The notes under the pieces are model-generated. The model saw only the letters and a list, made by a program, of their open reading frames with translations, was not told the DNA's origin and made no database searches. Positions 8,710 through 18,087 of a DNA stretch of 64,000 nucleotides are shown in pieces. Within the stretch, counting starts at the first letter, position 1; every line of letters begins with the position of its first letter. The translations under genes were made by a program, and so were the position numbers. This stretch comes from Flavobacteriales bacterium (GTDB taxonomy: Bacteria > Bacteroidota > Bacteroidia > Flavobacteriales > UBA7312): the NCBI GenBank assembly GCA_016779935.1, contig JADHMQ010000001.1, forward strand, positions 128,369 to 192,368. Reading direction: 5' to 3'.

Positions 8710-10500
8710 ATGGTAAAAAGAAAAACTAGAAAAAAGACTACTAGAAATAAACTTTCTCCACAAGAAAAAGCTTTAAGGAAAGAAAAGAGAGACCAAAGAA
8801 ATGAAATATCAACTATTTTAAAAAATATTGGATTTCAAAGATTGCCATACATAGATGGAAAACACTTTGAGTATGATAATCGAAAAACGGAAATGGATGA
8901 TATTTTTATAAATGAAAATATCATCCTACTTGTGGAGTATACTATTGGCAATCCAAAATATCATTTATTTACAAAGAAAATATTCTATGATAAAGTAAAT
9001 TCTAACAAAAGAGCTTTTATTGCTTTTTTATTAAAAGAAGAAAAATTAAAAAGCTTCAAAAAATATTATGATGAGAATATTGAAGGAATATATTCACAAA
9101 ATGAATTAAGATTACAAATCTTATACTGTTCAAAAAAAACCATCTCAGAGGAGCATAAAAATACCGTGTCAAATGTATATTTTTTTGATTATCACATTGT
9201 ACAATATTTTAAGAGCTTAACTAAAGCTATTAAAAAATCTAGTAAATATGAATTTATGGAATTCCTTGAAATTCCATTCGAAGATTTTGGTTCAAATATT
9301 AAAAATTCTTCTTCAAGGAATTCACAAACCTTTAAAGGCAATATTTTGCCCGAAGAAAAAAGTAAATTTGACGAAGGATATAAGATTGTTTCATTTTATA
9401 TAGATGCAGAATCTCTATTGAGAAGATCTTATGTTTTAAGACAAAATGGTTGGAGAGACATAGAAAATGTTGGACATTATCAGCGCATGCTAGAAAAAAG
9501 TAAAATATCTAGTATGCGAAGGTATTTATCTGAAAGAAATAGAGTTTTTATTAATAATATAATAGCTACAATATCTACAGATAAAATCAAACTTTATGAT
9601 AAAGACAATAATCACTTGATAATTGGTAATAATGGTCAGTTTATAGGAGATAATTCAACAGAAATATCACCTACGAGAATAGAAATTAACGATTCATGCA
9701 ATATAATTGGTTTAATTGATGGTCAGCATAGAACATATGCCTACCATGAAGGGGATGATCAATTTGAAGATAAAATTTCAGAACTAAGAACCGTTCAAAA
9801 TTTATTAGTTACGGGAATATTATTCCCTAAGAATGAGACCAAAGTAAATAGATTGAAGTTCGAGGCTAAACTTTTTTTAGAAATTAATACTAATCAGAAA
9901 AATGTTCCATCTCAAATTACTCAAGAAATTGAACTAATGACAAGTCCTTTTTCTACTATTGCTATTGGAAAAAGAATAATGTTAGGTTTAAATAAAAGTG
10001 GTCCTCTCGGAAATATGATTGAACAATACTGGTATGAAAAAGGGAAAGTTAAAACTGCTTCAATTGTTAGTTTTGGTTTAAGACCACTAGTAAAAATTGA
10101 GGACTTAAAAGCAAGGGATAGTCTTTTTGTCATTTGGAATAATCCCGATAAATATAAATTGAAGCAAAAAGATAATAATGAGTCTGAACTACTTAATGAA
10201 TACATAAAATTTTGTGTTGAGAAAATCAGAGATTTATTAATCGCTTTAAAAATTAATTTAGACGATGATCAATGGGAAACATATAGTCACGGAAATCCCA
10301 GAGGATTACTTTCAGTGATATTTGTAAATGGCGTATTGAATGTTTTAAGATTATTAATTAAACATAACAAAGTTTCAACATTAGAAAATTATAAAATAAA
10401 ATTAGAAAACATTAATAAATTTGATTTCAAACAATTTAAATCAAGTCAATATAGAAAACTAGGAGAAGCTATTTTTAATCAATACTTCCAACTTGAATGA
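8710..10500 (+). CDS. DGQHR-domain (DndB-like, ParB/Srx superfamily) protein with a basic tail and an unknown N-terminal domain
   Basis: 'IIGLIDGQHRTYAYHEG' followed by 'FLEINTNQKNV' resembles the DGQHR/DndB signature. The N-terminus is highly basic (KRKTRKKTTRNK). The gene is very AT-rich and starts 9 nt after the methylase stop. Confidence 0.7.
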   Translation: MVKRKTRKKTTRNKLSPQEKALRKEKRDQRNEISTILKNIGFQRLPYIDGKHFEYDNRKTEMDDIFINENIILLVEYTIGNPKYHLFTKKIFYDKVNSNKRAFIAFLLKEEKLKSFKKYYDENIEGIYSQNELRLQILYCSKKTISEEHKNTVSNVYFFDYHIVQYFKSLTKAIKKSSKYEFMEFLEIPFEDFGSNIKNSSSRNSQTFKGNILPEEKSKFDEGYKIVSFYIDAESLLRRSYVLRQNGWRDIENVGHYQRMLEKSKISSMRRYLSERNRVFINNIIATISTDKIKLYDKDNNHLIIGNNGQFIGDNSTEISPTRIEINDSCNIIGLIDGQHRTYAYHEGDDQFEDKISELRTVQNLLVTGILFPKNETKVNRLKFEAKLFLEINTNQKNVPSQITQEIELMTSPFSTIAIGKRIMLGLNKSGPLGNMIEQYWYEKGKVKTASIVSFGLRPLVKIEDLKARDSLFVIWNNPDKYKLKQKDNNESELLNEYIKFCVEKIRDLLIALKINLDDDQWETYSHGNPRGLLSVIFVNGVLNVLRLLIKHNKVSTLENYKIKLENINKFDFKQFKSSQYRKLGEAIFNQYFQLE

Positions 10501-10522
10501 TAAATATTGCTATCCCCACTAA

Positions 10523-10541
10523 CACGAGCATCTTGCTCGTG
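10523..10541. terminator. Hairpin between convergent genes (possible bidirectional terminator)
   Basis: CACGAGCA-TCT-TGCTCGTG is a perfect 8-bp stem, but there is no clear U-tract on either side. Confidence 0.35.
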
Positions 10542-10555
10542 CTACATAAAATTCC

Positions 10556-11224
10556 TTAAAGCAGACTCTCCCCATCCGCGTTAGTGGTCAGCACGGCACT
10601 CATAAAATCCACAAAGGGGCGTACGGCTTGTAGGGCACTATCTATTTGGTCTATAAAGTTTGGGCTGCTAACATCTTTCTCTGTATAGCGTTTCATAAAA
10701 ATATGCTGCTTATGGCGCAATAAATCAATATTGGGGTGGTCTTTGGCAAAGCCCTTGGGGGTTGTTTTTACGGCGTCGCCTTGGAGTTCGCCCCACACGC
10801 TTTTAAAGTTAGGGTCGTTTATAATGTTGCGGTATTCATCGCCATCCACGGCCAGTTCTTGGCGAATACGTTTTAGGTCGTCTGGGTTGGGGTCCCAAAA
10901 GCCACAGGCCAAAAAAATATCATTGGGTTTTAGGTGCAAATAATAGCCGCCGCGCAGCTCGGGTTTGCTGCGTTGCCACGCCATACCAAAATGGGTTTTG
11001 TAAGGCGTTTTGTCTTTGGAAAAACGCACATCTCGGTAAATGCGAAAGACCTTAAAACGGTCTATGCTATCGTGCTTATTGAGTTTTTCTTCTAAAGCAA
11101 CACCAAACTGCTTTACAGTGGCTTCTAGGGCTTTAAACTCAGCTTTATGCGCCTCAAACCACTCTCGGTTGTTGTTTTGTTCCAGTTGTCTAAAAAAAGA
11201 AAAAATGTCAGGGGTCAGTTGCAT
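10556..11224 (-). CDS. DUF2461 (TIGR02453) family protein
   Basis: 'F..L..NN.REWF...K..F' N-terminus and 'FRIYRDVRFSKDKTPYKTH' core, as I recall for this family. Confidence 0.75.
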   Translation of the reverse strand: MQLTPDIFSFFRQLEQNNNREWFEAHKAEFKALEATVKQFGVALEEKLNKHDSIDRFKVFRIYRDVRFSKDKTPYKTHFGMAWQRSKPELRGGYYLHLKPNDIFLACGFWDPNPDDLKRIRQELAVDGDEYRNIINDPNFKSVWGELQGDAVKTTPKGFAKDHPNIDLLRHKQHIFMKRYTEKDVSSPNFIDQIDSALQAVRPFVDFMSAVLTTNADGESLL

Positions 11225-11290
11225 GCCTTAAAGATAAGTATTTTCAATCAATCATTAAAAAACGAGTCCTTACTATCGCTAGTGCCTTGT

Positions 11291-12130
11291 TCATCTCTGG
11301 TTAACTCTCTTTTTCCAAAGGTTCAGTACTACTCCGGCAATTACCATAGCAATACCGATAAGGCTCATGAGTCCGTAGCTTTCTCCAAACACCAAGTAGC
11401 CAATGGCTAGAGCGTAAATGGTACCTACATATTTCAAGCTAATCATCTTATTGGCTATGCCACTTTGTATGCCTTTGGTCATGAGCAGTTGAGCCACTTG
11501 GGTAAACAGTCCCATAAGTAGGAGGTAGAGCCAGTCTGTGCCTTGGGGAGTTACCCAATTAAAATAGCTCAGCACCGACATAATGGGAATGGCCACCAAA
11601 GGAAAGTACAAGACCACCACTAGGGGGTGTTCGCTGTCTTTGAGTCGGCGTATGCAGGTATAGGCCATACCCGAGAACATGGCAGAGCAAATGCCTATCA
11701 GCATAAAGGTTAGCGAAATACGTTCGTCAAAGCCCTTTATCATGGCTACCCCAGCAAAGGAAATACCAAAAAATAACCACTGTTTGAGGTGCATTTTTTC
11801 TTTTAAAAAAATAGCAGCAAAGAGGGCTGTAAAGATGGGTGAGAGGTATTGTAAAGTTACCGCACTAGCCAAAGGGATGTTCTGCAAGGTGTAGAAAAAC
11901 ATCAGTAGGGCGGATGTGCCAAAGATGCCACGCATGAGGAGTACCTTACGGTTATTCCCTAAAAGGGGAATATTTAGATGGCGTAGCATAGCCACACTCA
12001 ACACTATGGAAATGAGGGAACGGAATAAAATCAGTTCGTGTGCCGGAATATGGGGCAAAAATTTCACGCAAATTTGCATGAGGGCAAAGGCTGCCGTAGA
12101 GCCTAGCATGTAGAGAACGCCCTTTTTCAC
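11291..12130 (-). CDS. EamA/DMT-family transporter
   Basis: About ten hydrophobic helices, a duplicated EamA-like organisation and a length of 279 aa. Confidence 0.75.
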   Translation of the reverse strand: MKKGVLYMLGSTAAFALMQICVKFLPHIPAHELILFRSLISIVLSVAMLRHLNIPLLGNNRKVLLMRGIFGTSALLMFFYTLQNIPLASAVTLQYLSPIFTALFAAIFLKEKMHLKQWLFFGISFAGVAMIKGFDERISLTFMLIGICSAMFSGMAYTCIRRLKDSEHPLVVVLYFPLVAIPIMSVLSYFNWVTPQGTDWLYLLLMGLFTQVAQLLMTKGIQSGIANKMISLKYVGTIYALAIGYLVFGESYGLMSLIGIAMVIAGVVLNLWKKRVNQR

Positions 12131-13074
12131 TTAAAGAGCTGATCTAAGGCTTGTGAGGGCGTCCATTTTCCTTGACTGACCTCTTCTTCCAATTGCTTAA
12201 TGCGGCTTTGGTGTTGGTGGTAAAAATCGCTTTCTAGGCGTTCCTTTATCATATGGTGTAGCCAGTAGCGGTTTTGCTCTTGGCGTTTACGTTCAAAATA
12301 GCCTCTGTCTTTTGTCCACTTTTGGTAGTCGCACAGGATGTTCCAAGTCGTGTCTATGCCTGATTTTTCCAGAGCTGAGCAAATACCCACTTGAGGTATC
12401 CATCCGCTATCGCTAGGCGGAAAGAGGTGTAAAGCCGTTTTGTATTGGGCTTGGGCTTTTTTGGCAGGAAGGAGGTTGTCCCCATCCGCTTTGTTGATGA
12501 GTAAGACGTCTGCCATTTCCATAATGCCACGCTTAATGCCTTGCAGTTCGTCACCAGCACCCGCAAGCATAAGTAGGAGGAAGATGTCCACCATAGAATG
12601 CACAGCCGTTTCGGACTGTCCTACGCCAACAGTTTCTATCAGTATCACTTCGTAACCGGCGGCTTCGCAAAGGAGTATGCTTTCTCTCGTTTTTCGAGCT
12701 ACACCACCTAAAGAACCAGCCGTAGGCGAAGGACGAATAAATGCCAACTCATCTACCGAGAGTTCGTTCATGCGGGTTTTATCGCCTAGGATACTACCGC
12801 CTGATTTTTCACTAGAAGGGTCAATGGCCAAAACAGCCACTTTCTTGCCTTGAGCAGTGAGGTGCTTGCCTAAGGCTTCTATAAAAGTGCTTTTTCCAAC
12901 ACCAGGAACGCCTGTAATGCCAATACGCAAGGATTTACCACTGTGGGGCAGAAGGTCTTGCAAAATGCTCTGAGCCTCTTGCTGATGAGCCTCTAGGGTG
13001 CTTTCCACTAGAGTAATGGCTTGTGCCAATGCCGAACGTTTGGTTTGGACTATGTCTTGGCTGAGCTTATGCAT
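12127..13074 (-). CDS. meaB: Methylmalonyl-CoA mutase-associated GTPase MeaB/ArgK
   Basis: P-loop 'GVPGVGKST', '[16 protein letters not shown]' and 'NKAD'. I chose the start at MHKLSQD (13074), which overlaps the mutase stop by 8 nt. Confidence 0.9.
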   Translation of the reverse strand: MHKLSQDIVQTKRSALAQAITLVESTLEAHQQEAQSILQDLLPHSGKSLRIGITGVPGVGKSTFIEALGKHLTAQGKKVAVLAIDPSSEKSGGSILGDKTRMNELSVDELAFIRPSPTAGSLGGVARKTRESILLCEAAGYEVILIETVGVGQSETAVHSMVDIFLLLMLAGAGDELQGIKRGIMEMADVLLINKADGDNLLPAKKAQAQYKTALHLFPPSDSGWIPQVGICSALEKSGIDTTWNILCDYQKWTKDRGYFERKRQEQNRYWLHHMIKERLESDFYHQHQSRIKQLEEEVSQGKWTPSQALDQLFK

Positions 13075-16063
13075 CGAGCAGTTGTTCAATAATGTTAATG
13101 GCCGCTTCGGCAATAACGGTGCCAGGGCCAAATACGCCACTGACGCCAGCCTCAAATAAATAGTCGTAATCTTGCTGAGGAATGACTCCGCCAGCCACGA
13201 CTAAAATATCGTTTCTTCCCAAATCTTTTAAAGCCTTAATTACTTTAGGGACAAGGGTTTTGTGTCCGGCAGCTAAAGAAGATATACCGAGTATATGCAC
13301 ATCGTTTTCTATGGCCTGTTTGGCAGCTTCTTGTGGGGTTTGAAACAAAGGACCCATGTCCACATCAAAGCCTAAGTCGGCAAAAGAAGTGGCTACGACT
13401 TTAGCCCCTCTGTCGTGTCCGTCTTGTCCCATTTTAGCTACCATAATACGTGGTCGTCTGCCTTTTTGTTGGGCAAAAGTTGCGGTGAGGTCTTGGGCTT
13501 TTTTGAAATGGGGGTTGTTGTCTATTTCCATCTTGTACACTCCTGATATCGAATTATTTTGAGCTTGATAGCGTCCAAAAACGCTTTCACAAGCATACGA
13601 AATTTCTCCTAAAGTAGCCTTGTGTCGTGCGGCTTTCACGGCTAAATCTAAAAGGTTGTCCTCGCCACTTTCACAGGCTTGAGTAAGGGCTTTTAGGCTT
13701 TGCTGAACAGCCGCTTCATTCCTTTCGGATTTGAGAGCTTCTAGCCGTTCTATCTGGGATAGTCTTACGGTAGTATTGTCCACTTCGAGGATATCCAGTG
13801 TTTGGTCTTCCTCTTCAATGGTGTATTTGTTAACGCCTACTATGGTGTCTTTGCAACTATCGATACGGGCTTGTTTTCTTGCGGCAGCTTCCTCAATACG
13901 CATTTTAGGTAAACCTGTTTCTATGGCTTTTGCCATACCGCCTAATTCTTCTATTTCTTGAATGTGTTGCCATGCCTTTTGGGCAATGTCGTGGGTCAGT
14001 TTTTCTACATAGTAGGAACCACCCCAAGGGTCAACGCTTTGGCACAAACCAATATCGTTTTGAAGGTATAGCTGTGTATCTCTAGCAATCTTAGCCGAAA
14101 AGTCGGTTGGTAAGGCAATGGCCTCATCCAAAGCGTTGGTGTGTAAGGATTGGGTGCCACCCATTACAGCCGCCATGGCTTCAATACAGGTACGGCTTAC
14201 ATTATTGAAAGGGTCTTGCTCGGTCAGGCTCCATCCACTGGTTTGGCAATGCGTTCTGAGTGCTAAGGATTTTGGATTCTGTGGGTTGAATTGCTTAACG
14301 ATTTTTGCCCACAACATCCGTGCGGCCCTCATCTTGGCAATTTCCATAAAGTGGTTCATGCCAATGCCCCAAAAGAATGACAGGCGAGGAGCGAAGGTGT
14401 CAATATCCAGTCCGGCAGCAATGCCTTTACGGATGTATTCTAAGCCATCGGCTAGGGTGTAAGCCAGTTCAATATCGGCAGTAGCACCGGCTTCTTGCAT
14501 GTGGTAGCCAGAAATACTAATACTGTTGAACTTGGGCATTTCTTTAGAAGTGTATTCAAAGATATCTGAGATAATACGCATAGAATGTTTGGGCGGATAG
14601 ATGTAGGTATTTCGCACCATAAACTCTTTGAGGATATCGTTTTGTATGGTTCCTGCCAAATCCTTTTTATCGACACCTTGTTGCTCGGCAGCCACAATGT
14701 AAAAGGCCATAATGGGCAATACCGCACCATTCATGGTCATAGAGACCGACATTTTATCGAGGGGAATACCATCGAATAGGATGTTCATATCTTTAATGGA
14801 GTCAATGGCAACACCGGCTTTGCCAACATCGCCTTCTACGCGTTCGTGATCGGAATCGTAACCACGGTGTGTGGCGAGGTCAAAGGCTACCGAAAGTCCT
14901 TTTTGTCCGGCTTCTAAATTTCTTCTGTAAAAAGCGTTGGAGGCTTCTGCAGTAGAGAAACCTGCGTATTGGCGAATCGTCCAGGGTCGGCTTACGTACA
15001 TGCTTGAGTAAGGTCCTCTGAGGTTGGGGGCAAGCCCAGCACCAAAGCCTAAGTGTTCTAAATCTTTGAGGTCTTCATAGGTGTAGCGTGCTTTGACGTC
15101 TATCTGTTCAGCCGTTTTCCAAGGTGGATTGATGTCAATTTCTATCAAGGTGTCCTCTCTATGGCCTTTTAAGAATTCTTTGGTCAGTGCTTCTATGTAG
15201 TAACTTCCTGCACTAGGGTCTTGCACCTTTCCTAAAAAGCTTTCTTCCAAAAGGATGTGGTGCTGATTTCGTGCCAATCGGTTGGAAAAGTCGTTAGGTG
15301 CTTCAAAGGATTGATTGTAAGGGCGAATCATTAGAGCGTTACAGCCACCAAAAATAGCGGACATACTTTCGGTAGTGGTACGTAATAAATTCGTGTAAGG
15401 CTCTTCGCTTTCTTTGTTGGAAAGGCTCGTCTGCGCGAAGATATTCGGTATGCTTTTAAAGTGCGTTTCAAATAGAGAAATAAAGGCCCTCATTTTAGCT
15501 ATTTCCTTGAAGTAGTTACTACCAATGGTAAAGATGTATTGGGAATTAAAAAGCCCTTCTTTTACGGCTTGATGAATATCTTCAACAACTACTGAATGGT
15601 AAGCGAATTGAGGGAGGTTACCTTCTTCTTGTCCAAAAAAGCTGCCGTTTATATCTTCAGGGTCTAAGCCTCTTTCAGTGACCAATTCTTCCCATAATTT
15701 AGGGATGTCACTGGAGTAATTTTCAAAGTGAACTTCTATGTGCTGTATCAAAATATCTTTGAACAGATTGGGCAAATCGGTGGGATTGGAAAAGCATAGG
15801 GCATTCATGCCGTTGTTCAGTGCTTCCAAAGCCTGTCGGTTGCCTTCTTTGGCATTGCTGCCATCAACCCATTGTACATTCATCCATTTGTGTGGAGAGG
15901 ATAGAGGCTTAAAATGCTGGTGTGTATCGCAATGGTAAAAAGGAAGTGTGCCATCATTACTTGTGAGGTCTTCAAAGGTTTTTCCCTTTAAGTCAGTTGT
16001 TAATTTATCTTTCCATTCTTGAGTACTAAGGGAGTCGAATTCTGAAAATAGTTTATTCATCAT
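13067..16063 (-). CDS. Methylmalonyl-CoA mutase, a single 998-aa polypeptide: MutA-like N-terminal region fused to a MutB catalytic barrel and a B12-binding domain
   Basis: '[29 protein letters not shown]', '[15 protein letters not shown]' and the C-terminal '[22 protein letters not shown]' B12 motif. The first ~300 aa resemble the small (beta) subunit. Confidence 0.9.
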   Translation of the reverse strand: MMNKLFSEFDSLSTQEWKDKLTTDLKGKTFEDLTSNDGTLPFYHCDTHQHFKPLSSPHKWMNVQWVDGSNAKEGNRQALEALNNGMNALCFSNPTDLPNLFKDILIQHIEVHFENYSSDIPKLWEELVTERGLDPEDINGSFFGQEEGNLPQFAYHSVVVEDIHQAVKEGLFNSQYIFTIGSNYFKEIAKMRAFISLFETHFKSIPNIFAQTSLSNKESEEPYTNLLRTTTESMSAIFGGCNALMIRPYNQSFEAPNDFSNRLARNQHHILLEESFLGKVQDPSAGSYYIEALTKEFLKGHREDTLIEIDINPPWKTAEQIDVKARYTYEDLKDLEHLGFGAGLAPNLRGPYSSMYVSRPWTIRQYAGFSTAEASNAFYRRNLEAGQKGLSVAFDLATHRGYDSDHERVEGDVGKAGVAIDSIKDMNILFDGIPLDKMSVSMTMNGAVLPIMAFYIVAAEQQGVDKKDLAGTIQNDILKEFMVRNTYIYPPKHSMRIISDIFEYTSKEMPKFNSISISGYHMQEAGATADIELAYTLADGLEYIRKGIAAGLDIDTFAPRLSFFWGIGMNHFMEIAKMRAARMLWAKIVKQFNPQNPKSLALRTHCQTSGWSLTEQDPFNNVSRTCIEAMAAVMGGTQSLHTNALDEAIALPTDFSAKIARDTQLYLQNDIGLCQSVDPWGGSYYVEKLTHDIAQKAWQHIQEIEELGGMAKAIETGLPKMRIEEAAARKQARIDSCKDTIVGVNKYTIEEEDQTLDILEVDNTTVRLSQIERLEALKSERNEAAVQQSLKALTQACESGEDNLLDLAVKAARHKATLGEISYACESVFGRYQAQNNSISGVYKMEIDNNPHFKKAQDLTATFAQQKGRRPRIMVAKMGQDGHDRGAKVVATSFADLGFDVDMGPLFQTPQEAAKQAIENDVHILGISSLAAGHKTLVPKVIKALKDLGRNDILVVAGGVIPQQDYDYLFEAGVSGVFGPGTVIAEAAINIIEQLLDA

Positions 16064-16361
16064 CTTTAATGATTACAATTATATCTTCGTTTTCTTTTTT
16101 CATGAGGTATTTTTCACGGGCAAACTTTTCTTGGGTCTCGGTATTATTGGTGAGGTCAAAAAGAGCAATGCTGTCTTTTTCAATTTCCTTGAGGTAGTAT
16201 TCTTTTTGCTCTTCCAAATCATCAATTTCAGATTGAAGTCGGGCTTGTTTTATCCAGTTGTTGGAATCAAAAAAAGCCATCCATATCAATAAAGCTAGGG
16301 TCACCAGAACAAATTTGTTCTTAAGGATAGGTGGTAATTTATCGTAGTACTCCTTTAGCAT
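16053..16361 (-). CDS. Septum formation initiator (FtsB/DivIC-like) family protein
   Basis: A single TM helix followed by a coiled coil ('[22 protein letters not shown]'). I chose the start at MLKEYY. Confidence 0.6.
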   Translation of the reverse strand: MLKEYYDKLPPILKNKFVLVTLALLIWMAFFDSNNWIKQARLQSEIDDLEEQKEYYLKEIEKDSIALFDLTNNTETQEKFAREKYLMKKENEDIIVIIKDDE

Positions 16362-16411
16362 GTTACCAAAAGTAAAAAAAAACCTTGGGTCAACGCCCAA
16401 GGTTTAAAAGA

Positions 16412-18037
16412 TTATCCCAAAAATGGGTACCTGTAGTCTTTTGCCGGAACGAAAGTTTCTTTGATTGTTCTCGGAGAAACCCATCGTAAAAGGTTCAAAA
16501 TAGAACCGGCTTTATCGTTTGTTCCTGAGCCTCTTGCTCCGCCAAATGGCTGTTGACCTACTACTGCTCCTGTAGGCTTGTCGTTGATGTAGAAGTTTCC
16601 TGCGGCATTTTCTAATGCTTTTGAGGCTTCTTCAATAGCGTATCGATCGGTAGAGAAAACAGCCCCTGTAAGAGCGTATTCGCTAGTGCCATCTACTAAT
16701 TCTAAAGTGGCTTTCCAGTCTTTTGGCTCGTATACATAAATAGTGATGACTGGCCCAAATATTTCTTCGCAGAGTGTTCTGAATTTTGGGTTGGTTGTAA
16801 CTATTACGGTAGGCTCTATGAAGTAACCTTTAGATTTATCGTATCCACCACCAGCAATAATCTCAGCATCAGATTGCTCTTTAGCGAAGTCTATGTAGCT
16901 TGATATTTTGTCAAAAGCCTTTTCGTCAATGACTGCATTGATGAAGTTTGATGGGTCTTCAGGACTTCCCATTTTGAAGGATTTTACATCCGCTATTACT
17001 TGAGATTTTACGTCATCCCAAATGTTTGATGGAACATATGCTCTGGATGCTGCTGAGCATTTTTGACCTTGGTATTCAAAAGCACCTCTTGATATACCTG
17101 TTGCTACTTCTGCTGCTACTGCAGACTCGTGCGCTACAATGAAGTCTTTTCCACCAGTTTCCCCTACAATTCTAGGGTAGCTTCTGTATTTTTCGATGTT
17201 GTTGCCAATGGTTCTCCAAAGGTGTCTGAAAACGCCTGTAGAGCCTGTAAAGTGAAGGCCTGCAAAATCTTTGTGCTCAAAGACTACATCGCCAAGAGTA
17301 GGGCCGTCAACGGCTACCATATTGATAACGCCATCAGGCAAACCGGCTGCTTTGAATAAGTCCATAATTATTTTGGCAGAATACACTTGCGTATCAGCCG
17401 GTTTCCATACCACAACATTACCCATCATGGCGGGTGCTGCACAAAGGTTAGCACAGATAGAGGTAAAGTTAAAAGGTGTAATGGCTAGAACAAAACCTTC
17501 TAATGGGCGGTGTTCTAGTCTGTTCCACATTCCTGGCGCAGACTCAGGCTGTTCGCCGTACAATTGTGTTACGTATTCGGCATTGAACTTAAAGAAGTCA
17601 ATAAGCTCACAAGCGGCGTCTATTTCAGCTTGAAATACATTTTTTGATTGTGCCAACATGGTGGCTGCATTAATCTTTGCTCTGAAAGGTCCTGCTAAAA
17701 GCTCGGCTGCTTTTAAGAAAATAGCTACCCTTTGGTGCCAAGGCATAGCTGCCCATTCTTCTCTTGCGGCTAGGGCAGAGTCTATGGCCTCATTGACGTG
17801 CGAAGCATCGCCAACACTGAATTGTCCTAATATGTGTTTATGGTCGTGAGGAGGACACATGTCTTTTTGTGTAGAGGTGGTAATTTCTTTGCCACCAATA
17901 TAGAGGGGTACATTTATTTTTGAAGCGTACATTTCTTTGTACGTCTTTAATACTTCTTCTCTTTCGCTACTGCCTTCTTCATAGCTTAAAACTGGCTCGT
18001 TGGTAGCAATGGGTACGTTAAAAACACCTTTAGACAT
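16412..18037 (-). CDS. pruA: L-glutamate gamma-semialdehyde (1-pyrroline-5-carboxylate) dehydrogenase
   Basis: 541-aa ALDH-superfamily protein with 'ETGGKDF', 'EYQGQKCSAASR' (catalytic Cys) and a 'KETF' C-terminus. Confidence 0.85.
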   Translation of the reverse strand: MSKGVFNVPIATNEPVLSYEEGSSEREEVLKTYKEMYASKINVPLYIGGKEITTSTQKDMCPPHDHKHILGQFSVGDASHVNEAIDSALAAREEWAAMPWHQRVAIFLKAAELLAGPFRAKINAATMLAQSKNVFQAEIDAACELIDFFKFNAEYVTQLYGEQPESAPGMWNRLEHRPLEGFVLAITPFNFTSICANLCAAPAMMGNVVVWKPADTQVYSAKIIMDLFKAAGLPDGVINMVAVDGPTLGDVVFEHKDFAGLHFTGSTGVFRHLWRTIGNNIEKYRSYPRIVGETGGKDFIVAHESAVAAEVATGISRGAFEYQGQKCSAASRAYVPSNIWDDVKSQVIADVKSFKMGSPEDPSNFINAVIDEKAFDKISSYIDFAKEQSDAEIIAGGGYDKSKGYFIEPTVIVTTNPKFRTLCEEIFGPVITIYVYEPKDWKATLELVDGTSEYALTGAVFSTDRYAIEEASKALENAAGNFYINDKPTGAVVGQQPFGGARGSGTNDKAGSILNLLRWVSPRTIKETFVPAKDYRYPFLG

Positions 18038-18087
18038 ATTCTTTATTGTTTGTTAATTAATGACTGCAAATTTAGAGGAATAAAACA

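Noticed and set aside
5320-10555. Flanking direct repeats or att sites, or a tRNA target delimiting the defence island
   Set aside because: Comparing the junction regions 5320-5380 and 10501-10555 by eye found no shared repeat of 8 nt or more and no tRNA. The insertion mechanism remains unknown.
13067-16063. IcmF-type fused isobutyryl-CoA mutase
   Set aside because: IcmF embeds the MeaB-like G-domain in the polypeptide. Here MeaB is a separate downstream gene, and the extra N-terminal region looks MutA-like rather than P-loop.
13356-17849. Multiple plus-strand ORFs of 60-120 aa (for example 14118-14462, 17271-17633) inside the mutase and pruA genes
   Set aside because: They are shadow ORFs antisense to strongly supported long genes, and their low-complexity translations have no motifs. 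The same applies to the other short antisense ORFs in the track (for example 1293-1565, 21594-21983, 45697-46014, 56587-56787).
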